A stretch of DNA of 64,000 bases from Octopus vulgaris (Eukaryota): assembly GCA_951406725.2 (NCBI GenBank), contig OX597830.1:56234001-56298000 (forward strand), in the 5' to 3' direction. Shown one piece after another: positions 1-12,300 of this stretch. Both the position numbers and the translations under genes were made by a program. How positions within the stretch are numbered: the first letter of the stretch is position 1; the number at the start of each line of letters is the position of its first letter. The notes below the pieces were generated by a model. That model searched no databases, had not been told where the DNA came from, and was given only the letters and a program-made list of their open reading frames with translations.

Positions 1-730
1 TAAGCCAGATTTTTTTTTATAGCTGAGGGTCTCATCAAATCTAGTACTTGTATGACCCCCATCAGTATGCCTTGCATACATATAAAAGATTAGCAACCTC
101 CAAAACAGACTAAGTTGCATATAAAACAAAAGACCATCTGGTTGACTGACAATGACTCACACACCAACACTTGGTCAATAGATACATTGTCTCCTCACAC
201 TGTCTCTTCTGCCATAACTACAACAATATCTGCTTCTCAGGACTAACTAGTTGCACATCATCTCTCAGGCTCACTTAAAAAAATCTTTCTTTCCTCATCT
301 CATCACTCACCAACCCACAAACCCTGCACTGAAAAGCTATTTCCAATTTCCCTTCCCAAGAACATCAGCCCACTGGAATTTCTTTCCTTCTGTGCTTTCC
401 CAGCAGACATTTGAACATTAAACTGCATTAATCTCACTAATTCTGGATCTTCCTTTTGGTCGATTGTTTTTGCTTGTTATTTGGCCTCAGGTCAATCCTA
501 CTCTGTGGACGTAGATCTATAAGCAAAGCCATGCCCCTTCTTCCTGACTAAACCATGAAAATGAAAACAGATAAAAAAAGAAAATTGCTTTGCTCCAGAA
601 AACGAAACTGTTTTGCAGTCTTTGCGATTGGGCCAGTAGCAAACGACCGTAAAGGCAATAAGGATGAAACTTTGGAAGTACTGAAACTAGAATTCTGTTT
701 GCATACAAACTTTAATAGAAACAAATATAT

Positions 731-1118
731 GGATCTTTTCGGTTTGAACGGCAGTTTTTTCTAGTGGTGTCATATGAAATTGTCACCCATAATTATGACC
801 CTAGTATCGATCTATTGCATTTCAATCTGTTTTAGGGTTAGGGGTGGGGAGGGTATCTTTTTTCTTCAGAAATGTAAATAAACCCAATTTGTTTCTTAAA
901 CGAGGGACATATTCATACGGCACAGAATGTTTTCACCTCAATAGACGTCATTGATTGGTTGAAATTGCAGAAAAAACAAACAACAAATATCTTACAAACT
1001 ATAGAATTTTCTCAATAAAGCCAAGAGAAAAAGATGTTTTATAAACACATTCTACCAGTATACGAAGTTTAAAAGTGTTTAGTTACGTGGAAATTATTAA
1101 AAAAAACTGCCGTCCAAA
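731..1118. mobile_element. Non-autonomous TIR element (MITE-like), right end clipped, related to the 36047-37345 element
   Basis: GGATCTTTTCGGTTTGAACGGCAGTTTTTTT ... AAAAAAACTGCCGTCCAAA inverted ends; 1018-1085 aligns with 37232-37301. Confidence 0.75.
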
Positions 1119-1346
1119 TAAATTGCCCCGGGAGTGGATTTGAAACCGTATCGCATGATCTCAGAATTTTCTCTCCTTCGTTCTCAAAAGTAAAAATAAT
1201 AAAAAAAAAAGAAATGAATTACTGTTCTTGGTAGAACTCTTCATCGTTTTCCCATCGTATGGCGCAGCTTTTGAAGCGTGTTCAGACAGCTCCTTGTGGT
1301 CAGCAGCGCATGGCTTGCATTATTCCACATAGCTCTTCGCTCAAAT

Positions 1347-1401
1347 ATGCCCGTACTTCTCCGGGACGATGTGGACTTTGAAAGAATCTTCCAAAAACTT
1401 G
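1347..1401 (+). CDS. RTTN: RTTN coding exon 1
   Basis: ATG in aaatATGc context; [19 protein letters not shown]; donor gtacgt, phase 1. Confidence 0.85.
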
Positions 1402-1576
1402 GTACGTATGTTAAAATATTAACTGTTATGTTATTGGAAGGAAGAGAAAACTGGAATTGAAGTTCAGTAGACAGCAGCTACCCACGGTTCCCCCCGTTTG
1501 GTTTTATTTCGTTTCAACATGTTTAAGTAACCTCCCGAACTGAAATAAAAATTTAGTTTCTACTTAAATTACGAGC

Positions 1577-1622
<46 letters not shown>

Positions 1623-3319
1623 GCACACACACAATAACAAAGCTGTTTATGTTTAATATAGAGACAGAGATGTCTAATCTAAGGAAACCCTCTTCAGGCA
1701 GGTATATAATTAAAGGTGTTCTAGTTATATATACATATATACACTCACAATAACAAAGCTGTTTAAGTTTAATATAGAGACAGAGATGTCTAATCTAAGG
1801 AAACCCTCTTCAGGCAGGTATATAATTAAAGGTGTTCTAGTTATATATACATATATACACTCACAATAACAAAGCTGTTTAAGTTTAATATAGAGACAGA
1901 GGTGTTGTCTAATCCAAGGAAACCCTCTTCAGACAGGTATATAATTAAAGGTGTTCTAGTTGTGACCAACCAGTATTTTGTTAATCCAGATTTAGTCTTA
2001 GTATATATCTAAAACTATTGCATTATCCAAGGTGTTCTGCTTGTTTTAAAGCTACAGTGAAGGGTTTGAAATAGATTTAGAAGTTATTTTTAGCGGGTCA
2101 AGCAACCATGAAGAAGCTCCTTTGACTCGTTGATACGGAGGAAAAGAGATGGATAAGAAGTTTTAGAGAAGACTTGTTTGATAGATGGGTAAAGAGGCTG
2201 GTCGGTAAACAAGATTCATCACTAGCTAAATCAAGTTACACCGGGCGAAATGCTGTTACGTTCTGAGTTCAAATTCCGCCGAGGTCGACTTTGCCTTTCA
2301 TCCTTTCGGGGTCGATAAATTAAGTACCAGTTACGCACTGGTGGTCGATGTAATCGACTTAATCCATTTGTCTGTCCTTGTTTGTCCCCTCTGTGTTTAG
2401 CCCTTTGTGGGTAGTAAAGGAATAGATTGTCAAAGGATAGACAGACAGGCAAACAGTTGTATGAACGAGCGACAGAAATAAAAACGACATTTGTGAATTT
2501 AGATAGGTTGTCATGCAGCTAAATTGTTATGGTGTTCGAAAAACAATTAGGCAGATTTGTAAATAAAAATTTTAGCAAAATTGACATGTCGAACCGAAAG
2601 AGAAACGAAGATACAGGTTGCTATGGGGGAAGCTTGGTTCTGCTTGCTTTTATGTAGACATGAAAGAAGGTGTGTGCGTGCTGAAGTGTTTGTGTACAGG
2701 CGGACGCTTATGACCCTATATACACATATATAAACTTATAAAAAAATTCCTACGTACCCCCATTCTCTCTTCATACGATCTGAAGAAGTTAATGAGATCT
2801 GTCAAAAAGCTTGTCCATGATAAATAATACCTGTTGACAACGACCCGTTTCTTTCTCTGATTCATTTTACGTAAGGTGTGTGGGTGAGGCTGAAGTTGTA
2901 CAAATTTTAACTGGATATTTAGCGTTGATAAATCAAAAATTTCCTAGTAAAACCAACTTATTACAATGAGTTAAACGTACATATGCATACAGACATACTT
3001 TATATATATATAAACACACACAACAAAAGGTTAAATTCTGGTCAGAGTCACCAAAGGTGCTTTTCTGCTGCTATGTTTTTATTGACTATATATATATATA
3101 TATATATAGTCAATAAAAACATATCGGAAACGAAGCACCTTATATATACTTTTATTAAAGCTGCAGAATTATCACAAAACTTACTCAGAGTTTCGCGTTC
3201 CCGTTCGTCTGACAGTTGTGACGAAAATTTTGCAGATTTAATAAAAGCATATTACTCTACCTTTGGTATTCGAATATTTTTTTCCACTTATGTGCTTACC
3301 TGTGTGTGTGTGTGTATAT

Positions 3320-3376
<57 letters not shown>

Positions 3377-6300
3377 TATATAGAGATGTACACGTATACA
3401 CTCACACATTCACATGCAATACACACACACACACGTATATATATATACACATATGTGTGCTGGCACAGCTTTGTAATAAAAAGTATGCTTCCCAACTACA
3501 TAGTTCGAAGTTCAGGCCCCCTGTGTGACACCTTGGGCCAGTGTCTTCCACTATAGCCCTGGGCAAACCAAAGCTTTATGAGTGGATTCAGTGGGCAGAA
3601 ACTGAAAGAAACCCGTTGTGTGTGTGTGTGTGGGTAGGTGTATGTTGATGTCTCCTTGTATTGATCTTTATATATATAAAACTGAGAATGTGTGTCTGTC
3701 TGTGTGTTTCCCTAAAACTTGAGAACTACACAACCAATTTCATTCAAATTTTACATATGCCTTACTTAGGGTCCGGAGAGTGTCATCGGCAAAAAATGAC
3801 AGACATGACAGAAGTAAATAGACACCCTTAAAATCATTAAAATTTATTCAAACCTGAAATTATACATTTAAATTATTTATTAATTGTTATAATGTGAATA
3901 TTTAATATTTAGTAGACATGTCCTTTGCATTTTTCAATGCAAGGACCCTATTAGGCATGTTATTGATTTGATGAATATTCTCTTGTGGAATTTCTTGCCA
4001 AGTTTCATACAGTAATCTCAAAAGATCTGGCTTTGAAGATGCTTCCTTGTTCTTTTTATGAAGTTTCTTGTCCATCATGCCCCAGAGGTGTTCAATAGGG
4101 TTCATATGTTCATATCTGGTGTGACTGGCTTGGCCACGGAAGCTTTTTAATGCCATTCTCTTTCAACAAATCTTGGGTAATTTTAGCTGTGTGAGAAGGA
4201 GCCCCATGTTCCCTAAATATAGAGTCTTCTTTAATCATTTCACCACTTGAGAAGATTGGGATGAGTCCTTTCTGCAATCTGGACATATATTTATCTGAGT
4301 TTGTTTCCCTCACACTCCACCAGCTCTAATCAACCATTACTCCAAATTGCTATCCAGATCATCACAGAATAGCTGCCATGTTTCATTGTTGGCTGCAATC
4401 TTTTCACGTTAAATTCTTAATCGCAGAGTTTCCTGACCAACACTTGACCACTGTCAGGAAATACAGCAAATCTGGGATCATCATCATCATCATCATCATT
4501 TAACGTCCGCTTTCCATGCTAGCATGGGTTGGACGGTTCAACTGGGGTCTGGGGAGCCCGAAAGCTGCACCAGTCCAGTCAGATCTGGCAGTGTTTCTAC
4601 AGCTGGATGCCCTTCCTAACGCCAACCACTCCGAGAGTGTAGTGGGTGATTTTATGTGCCACCGACACAGGTGCCAGACGAGGCTGGTAGACGGCCACGC
4701 TCGGATGGTGTTTTTATGTGCCACCGACACAGGTGCCAGATGAGGCTGGCAAACGGCCACGATCGGATGGTGTTTATTACGTGCCCACAGCACAGAGGCC
4801 AGTCGATGCGGTACTGGCTACGGCCACGTTCGGATGGTTTTCTTGTGTGCCACGTGCCACCGGCACTGGTACCACAAAGATACAAATTCCATTGATGTTC
4901 ATCTATTTTGATTTGTTTTGATTTTCACTTGCCTCAACAGGTCTTCACAAGTGTCACAAGAAGGAAGGTATGTACAGGTGGACTGACTACATCCCAGGTA
5001 GGGGCCACGGGTTATGGCCTGACTAGTCTTGCCGGGTCTTCGGATGGTGTTTTTATGTGCCACCGACACAGGTGCTAGATGAGGCTGGCGAACGGCATTG
5101 GAGAATATGACAATGTCCAAAAATGCTAGTGTCTTCTCCACCAGTCTCACTGGCCCATTCTTTTCTCCACTTGATATTAGCTGGTCAAAGAAGTGGCTTC
5201 CTTCTTACTGCACTGCCATAGTAACCAAGTTTGTGGAGATACCTGACAGCTGTTCTGGGACTGATACCAACTTGTTCTGCTATGTCAGAGGCCTTGCAAC
5301 GAGGATTATCCTCCACACTTAACAAAGAGAAGGGTCCTGTCAGAGGGCCCTGGTCATCCTCTCAGGTGAATTGCACAATCACTCTATTAACTGTAGAAAG
5401 CAGGATCCCAAGGTTTTCTGTGATTTTACACCATGTCCACTTTCAGATTGACCCACAGTATAGTCTCTTTGAAATTCAGACAGTTCCAAGGTTTCTTTTG
5501 CACATGGCATGATTAAACAGTCACATACAGAGTCTGAAACATAAAAATGTCAATTAATAAAATATACAAATCTTTACAAGTTAGAGTAAACATAAAACGA
5601 TGTTTTATGGGGTGTCTATATATTTCTGTCATGTCTGTAGATTAATCAGAAATTTTACACAGTAATTTGTCCACTTGCTTGTAAGTGTTAACATGTGTGC
5701 TTATATAGATTTGTTTTCTCTGAAAATATTAAACATCTATGCTCCTTTGACACCCAAGTTGTTGCAGTGTCTAGTCTTCATTTGAGGAAGAGAAATGGAA
5801 TTAGTGATTCTGTGCAGAATGTAGAGTCTTAAATCTTTCAATTTCCAGTAATTTATCTGTTCCATCCCCTACTATCTGATACATGTTCATTAGTTATACC
5901 CCACTATTAGACACATACCCCACCATAAGATACATTTTTGTTAGCTATACTCCTTTATTGGATACATTTTCATGAACTGTACCCTATTGTCAGAGGCATG
6001 TTCCCTAGCTATATCCTATGATCAGATGTGTTTACTAGCCATACCCCATAATCAGGCATATGTTCACTAGCTATATCCAGCTGTCAGGCATGTGTTCACT
6101 AGCTATTACGAGCTGTTAGGCATGTGTTCACTAGCTATATCCAACTGTCAGGCATGTGTTCACTAGCTATATCCAGCTGTCAGGCATGTGTTCACTAGCT
6201 ATATCCAGCTGTCAGGCATGTGTTCACTAACTATATCCAGCTGTCAGGCATGTGTTCACTAACTATATCCAACTGTCAGGCATGTGTTCACTAGCTATAT

Positions 6301-9300
6301 CCAACTGTCAGGCATGTGTTCACTAACTATATCCAGCTGTCAGGCATGTGTTCACTAACTATATCCAACTGTCAGGCATGTGTTCACTAACTATATCCAA
6401 CTGTCAGGCATGTGTTCACTAGCTATATCCAGCTGTCAGGCATGTGTTCACTAACTATATCCAGCTGTCAGGCATGTGTTCACTAACTATATCCAACTGT
6501 CAGGCATGTGTTCACTAGCTATATCCAACTGTCAGGCATGTGTTCACTAGCTATATCAAGCTGTCAGGCATGTGTTCACTAGCTATATCCAGCTGTCAGG
6601 CATGTGTTCACTAGCTATATCCAGCTGTCAGGCATGTGTTCACTAACTATATCCAGCTGTCAGGCATGTGTTCACTAACTATATCCAACTGTCAGGCATG
6701 TGTTCACTAACTATATCCAGCTGTCAGGCATGTGTTCACTAACTATATCCAACTGTCAGGCATGTGTTCACTAGCTATATCCAACTGTCAGGCATGTGTT
6801 CACTAACTATATCCAACTGTCAGGCATGTGTTCACTAGCTATATCCCACTATGTGGCTCATTTTTGATTGCGACATGACACCTTTTCATTTACTCTGTCC
6901 TATGACCAGAGACATGTCATGTTCACTGAATTCATCAGACATGTTTCACCTGTTAACTACTATCAGACACATGTTTACTAGCTATATCCCACTATCAGAT
7001 ACATGTGATCTGCTCACTAGCTATAATACACTATCAAGTACATGTTCACTTGTTGTACATTTCTATCAGACACATGTTCACTAGCTGTATCTTGCCATCA
7101 GATACATGCTCACCAACTACTCTTCATTATTGGGCACATATCTGATAGTATCACCTGTTCACTGACTCTATCCCGTGACCAAACATCATGTTCACTGACT
7201 CCATCAGACATGTGTCACCTGTTAACAGCCAGACATGTTCACTAGCTATATCCCACTATCAGACACATGTCTGATAATGACACCTGTTCACTGACTCTAC
7301 CTAACTATGAGATGCACATGCTGCATGTTTACTGACTCTATCCCACTATCAAACATAAATATCACCTGTTCATTAAAATTATACTGTACCATGTGTTAAT
7401 GAATGAATCTCATTTTCCATCTCAGGACATGAACTGGAAGAAATCAGAGTCCGAGCACTGAAAAACGTTATCAGTAAACTAAACTATGGATTGGTCTGTC
7501 TGTCAGACCTGGTTCAGGAGAAACACCTGTTTATTCGCTTATTGGAATGGTTCAACTTTCCCAGTGCTCCAATGCAGTCAGAGGTGCTTGGGTTGCTGCA
7601 TCAACTATCAGAGGTAAGACAGGCAGAGATCCCCCCCCCCTTTTTTTATTTCTTTTTTTCTTTTTTTTTCTTACTAACTGGTACACTGTAGGTCCCAGCA
7701 TGTTATCAGTTTGGAGCAACCAGATTGAAGGTATCATGTTAGCTCATTGAACATCCTTGATCTGTCCAGTTTCTCTGAGATCATATGGGGTGTGAACCAA
7801 AGATTTTGGCTTGTAAAGAAAAAGAAATAATTCTTTAAGTCAAAACCGTCCAACCCATGCTAGCATGGAAAGTGGACGTTAAACGATGATGATGATGATG
7901 ATAGGCATAAGGTCTGAAATTTTGTCAGAAGGAACTAGTTGATTACATCAACCCCACTGCTCATCTGGTACTATTCAACCCCAAAAGCACAAACATATAT
8001 AAACACACACATATGATGTTCTTTTTCAATATCAATCTGTCAAATCCACTTACAAATCTTTAATCAGCTCAGGGCCATAGTAGAAAACATTTGACCAAGA
8101 TGCTATACAGAGGGATTGAACTTGAAACCATTTGATTAGGAAGAAATTTATAGCCATGACTGCATCTATACACACACACACACACACATACTAATTTGTT
8201 ATGATATACATTAAAAAGCCCAATTTCAGCAATGGTAAATACCAACAATCCATCCATCTAGGGGTCTGTTCCTCCTCACTCAAATTGCTGTATATTATAT
8301 CCAATATCATTTATATTAAAATCTTAGCTGTTAATTAATATATTGTTCTTTTCTCAGCATTCTACTGCATGTGAGAGTCTTCGAGAAATTGGTGCTATAG
8401 ACTTCTTATCTCATTTACGAATGGACTCTCCCACATCACTGAAAGACAAAATTGATACAATTCTTGAGAATTTGATGAAGATTCCAGATTTAGATCCAAA
8501 GTCAAATGGATGCGAACACATCCATTATCAACAGGCCTGCTTTGGTAAGTTTGCATCAGGATATTTCTTTTATCTCACTTCTATACTGATGATATCACTT
8601 TCTACACATGTATCAGTCACATGTAGCAAAAACACTTCTGTTTAGACTTCACTGAAGGGAGACATCAAAATCACCCTTCACTGGGGATATATCATCTTGT
8701 CTCTTTCAAAACAATTACTATAGACATCAAAGAAGCACTTTATTCTAATGCTTCCCAGTTAAGAAAATTTTCAATTGAAGCTCTCAGAGTTGCTATAGCT
8801 ACTAGGAAGGTATCATAATCTTTGATGTTCTCTAATAGTAACCTTACATGTATATAACTTTGCAAAAACTGTATCCCAATGTCTAAATGTCTGGGAATAT
8901 TTAGCCATCATGAGACTCTGATCATTGAAAGAGATTGTTAACTTTGTGTATTGTAGATCCAGTTTCTACTGCTGATCCATGTGATCCACAGACTGCCGAG
9001 AACGACAATATTGAAAGAGTGGTGTATGAAGACAGTGTTGGTTCAAACCCAACAAGGGCTAAACCAGGCTTAGGTAAACCGTATTTTGTTTTTTTGCTTT
9101 TATTTGTGGAGCTTCTAGTTTGGTAAAATTGGTTACAGTATATGGACAAACAGATTGGGTGGGGAGAAGGTGTATGCATCTGGAAGCATATCAGCTTCTG
9201 TGTGTGTGTGTATGTGTGTGTGTGAGCTAGCATGTGTTTGTCTGTGTAATGGAGTTGTGACTAGCTGTGTTGGGGCTCTGCTTTGAAGGGTTTAGCTGAA

Positions 9301-12300
9301 CAAGTCAATCCCAGTACTTATTAAGTGTGGTGCTTATTCTTTTGGTCACGTGGAGTTGGTGAGGTGAACAAATACAAAGGTGTGCGCACGTGCACACACA
9401 CACACACACACACAAGCTTCCATACAATTTCCATCTACCAAATTCACTCACAAAACATTAGTCAGCCGGGGGCCATAGTAGAAGACATTTGCTGAAGGTG
9501 TCGTGCAGTGGAACCGCACTTAAAATCACGAGGTTGCAAACAGAGCTTCTTGACCACTCAGCCATGCCCATGCCTAATTATTATATTTTTTAATCTTCTG
9601 TAGGGTTTACAATGAGAACATTTCCTTGGCTCACTTTAACTCAAACTGACCGACATGTTTTGTCTTCTACACACAGGTAAGTAATCATTGATCAGGTTTC
9701 CCTCTATTGATTTTTGTTTTCATTGATACATTTTACTCTTGCCAGTGCTGCCTTGACTGGCTTCCGTGTTGGTGGCATGTAAAAAGCACCAACCGACCCT
9801 GGTCAAACCATCCAACCCATGCTAGTATGGAAAACGGATGTTAAATGATGATGATGATTGTATATTATTGTTTTTAATGTCTTTATGTTCTGGGTATGAC
9901 TTCTAACCTCATCTAGTAGTGGGTCCCTGGTTCAAGAGTTCCAAGGTTTTAAGAAGTGTTGAATCACCTTTTAGCCACTGTTGTTCCAAAGTCTGCTCTG
10001 ATTCAGGGTAGCACCTGTCAGGGTCTGTAACTTCTATGGAGGAAACCCCAAGTACAAACCCTTACTACCTTGTGATTGCTTTGAGAAAAGAAAAGTCTTG
10101 GGGAATCAAACTCAACGACAAATCAAGGAATGGAGTCCATCAGGTGGTTTGGTGCTCTCTTGGCAACCTTGGAGAAGGGCACTCCTATGTAAAAACCTAC
10201 AGCTTACTGGTCACTGCAGCCACCTTAGCCTGCTGTACCACTGTGGTCAGATCTCCAAATCTAAAGAGTGGCATTGGAGTGCTAGGACTGATTCTTTAAA
10301 ACTACTAACCAGGAATAGGAAGAAAAGCCCTGCAGTGTCCAAGATCAATTTACTTAGTTACATGAGGGTGTGCCACTCTTTCTCATGATATTTCGACATA
10401 AAAGAAAACTGCTATCTGCTCTGTGTTCAAATCCTACAGAAATTATCTTTGCCTTTCTTTCTTTTGGGGTTGATAAAATAATGCATGAATCAATTTCACA
10501 CTTGATTTATAGAACATTGACTATTTTTCTTTCATACAGTTTATTCCAGAACAAAGACCCCCATGAACTGGCAAATACCTGTGAATTTCTCAGAGATGTT
10601 GTCTTTTATGATTTTCCTGCTGAAATTTTCCTTCAGAGACCACAAATTACTCAGGTAAAATCTTAGTGTTGAGTGGAATATGTTTTAGGCTGTTGAGGGC
10701 AGAGAGAAAATTATTATTTTACCTCTTCAGCAAGACACCTGCTTCACTTCCTCTATTATGATTTCTTATTTCTCTGGTTTATACTCCACTCAGTTGGGGG
10801 ATCTTATCTTGCAGGTATGTGGCTATTTCAATAGTGCTGGCGTAACATTAAAAAACACAGTATGCTCTATTAGGTGGTTGGTATTAGGAAGGGCACCCAG
10901 CTGTAGAAATCATGCCAAAGCCGACATAGAACCTAGTGGAATCCTTTGGCTTATATGTTCTTGTCAAACCATCCAACCCATGCCAGCATGGAAAAAAGGA
11001 TGTTTGATGATGATGATTGTTCTTTGGAGAAAGAGAGAGGGGGTGAGGGAAATACAGTTTGTTTTCTCTCTTTTCAAAAAATGTCTAATGTCTGAAACAG
11101 ACTTCTTCATGTTGTAAAACATGCTATATCATCATCTATATTCTATGTTTGTATGGGTTGGATACTTTGATAGGATCTGATGGGCCCAGGACTGCATTAG
11201 GCTCCAGTGTCTGCTTTGGCATGGTTTCTACAGTTGAATACCCCTTCCTAACACCAACCTCTCTACAGAGTGTACTGAATGCATTTTTTTGTACGACAGT
11301 ACTAGTGAGGTCACTATGTAGCTTGTAAGATTCCCTTTGACTGAATGGGGCTACAATAAAGAAGGAGGTGGTTTTATGCTAGGAGATGAGGGATTAAAGT
11401 ATGAGGGAATGGGCACAGAACAGAACAGGTTTCTTGCTGCAGGAGAACTACGTGACTATGTATTATTGAAGAACAGTGGAACTAGAAAGAAATGAAAATG
11501 GTGATGATGTGTCTGGGTGGATCCCCAGTGTGCGAGGTGAGAAGTGAATGAGGACAGGAGAAGAAGGAGTGCAGGTGGATAGTGGGAGAATGTTAGAGAT
11601 GGGGATTGTGTGAAGAACAAGTGTTGTATGATAAATAGGGAAGAGTAGGTGACAACTGTAGAAATTAGGTAGGGTTGAGTGGTGAGCAAGAGAGTGGGTA
11701 TGACCAATGATACAAATGAGTTGCATTAGGAAGTTTGAATTGTCTGTATTAAACAGAACATTGCCAGATCAGATTGGAGCCAAGGGCAGCTGCTGGCTCT
11801 CCAGGCCTCATCAAACCATCCATCCCATGCCAGCATGGAAAACAGACGTTAAATGATGATGATGATGACTGAGTGCTTTTTTTCTTTTTCTTTCATGGCA
11901 CTGGCACTAGATGATGTCCTAGATATGATGAAAGGGACCTCTTTATTGAGTGATGAAGGCATGATAGATAGTTGTAAGTGAATAAGGGGAACACATGCTA
12001 GGGGATGAGTTTTAAGGATACTCAGGATTTTGGGGTGTGTGATTATTATCATAAACAGATTCAGATTATAATACAAAGTCGTTTTGATATCTTTTCTGTA
12101 TTCATTTCCTTTTACAGAGTCTCTTGGAAGTCTTGGAGCTCTCTTGCAAGCAAATTACTCCACCTTTGGACTATAACACCTTTTTAAACCAGCCAAATTT
12201 ACTGGTTCAAGTCAGCCGGACGTTGAGAAGTCTGACCAGTTGTTTACATACACGATTAAAATACCACCAGGACCCAGCTTTTTATACTCCCAAACCAGGT

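Noticed and set aside
2983-3556. 181-aa and overlapping ORFs
   Set aside because: Dominated by (TA)n/(CA)n translation (YIYI, HTHT).
4500-4921. Recurrent ORFs such as [11 protein letters not shown]... and [11 protein letters not shown]... (also at 18027-18499 and 61400-61985)
   Set aside because: Chance frames in family A repeats; they are not maintained between copies.
6058-6850. CRISPR-like array (32-bp repeats)
   Set aside because: Units are contiguous with no unique spacers, there are no cas genes, and the context is a eukaryotic intron.
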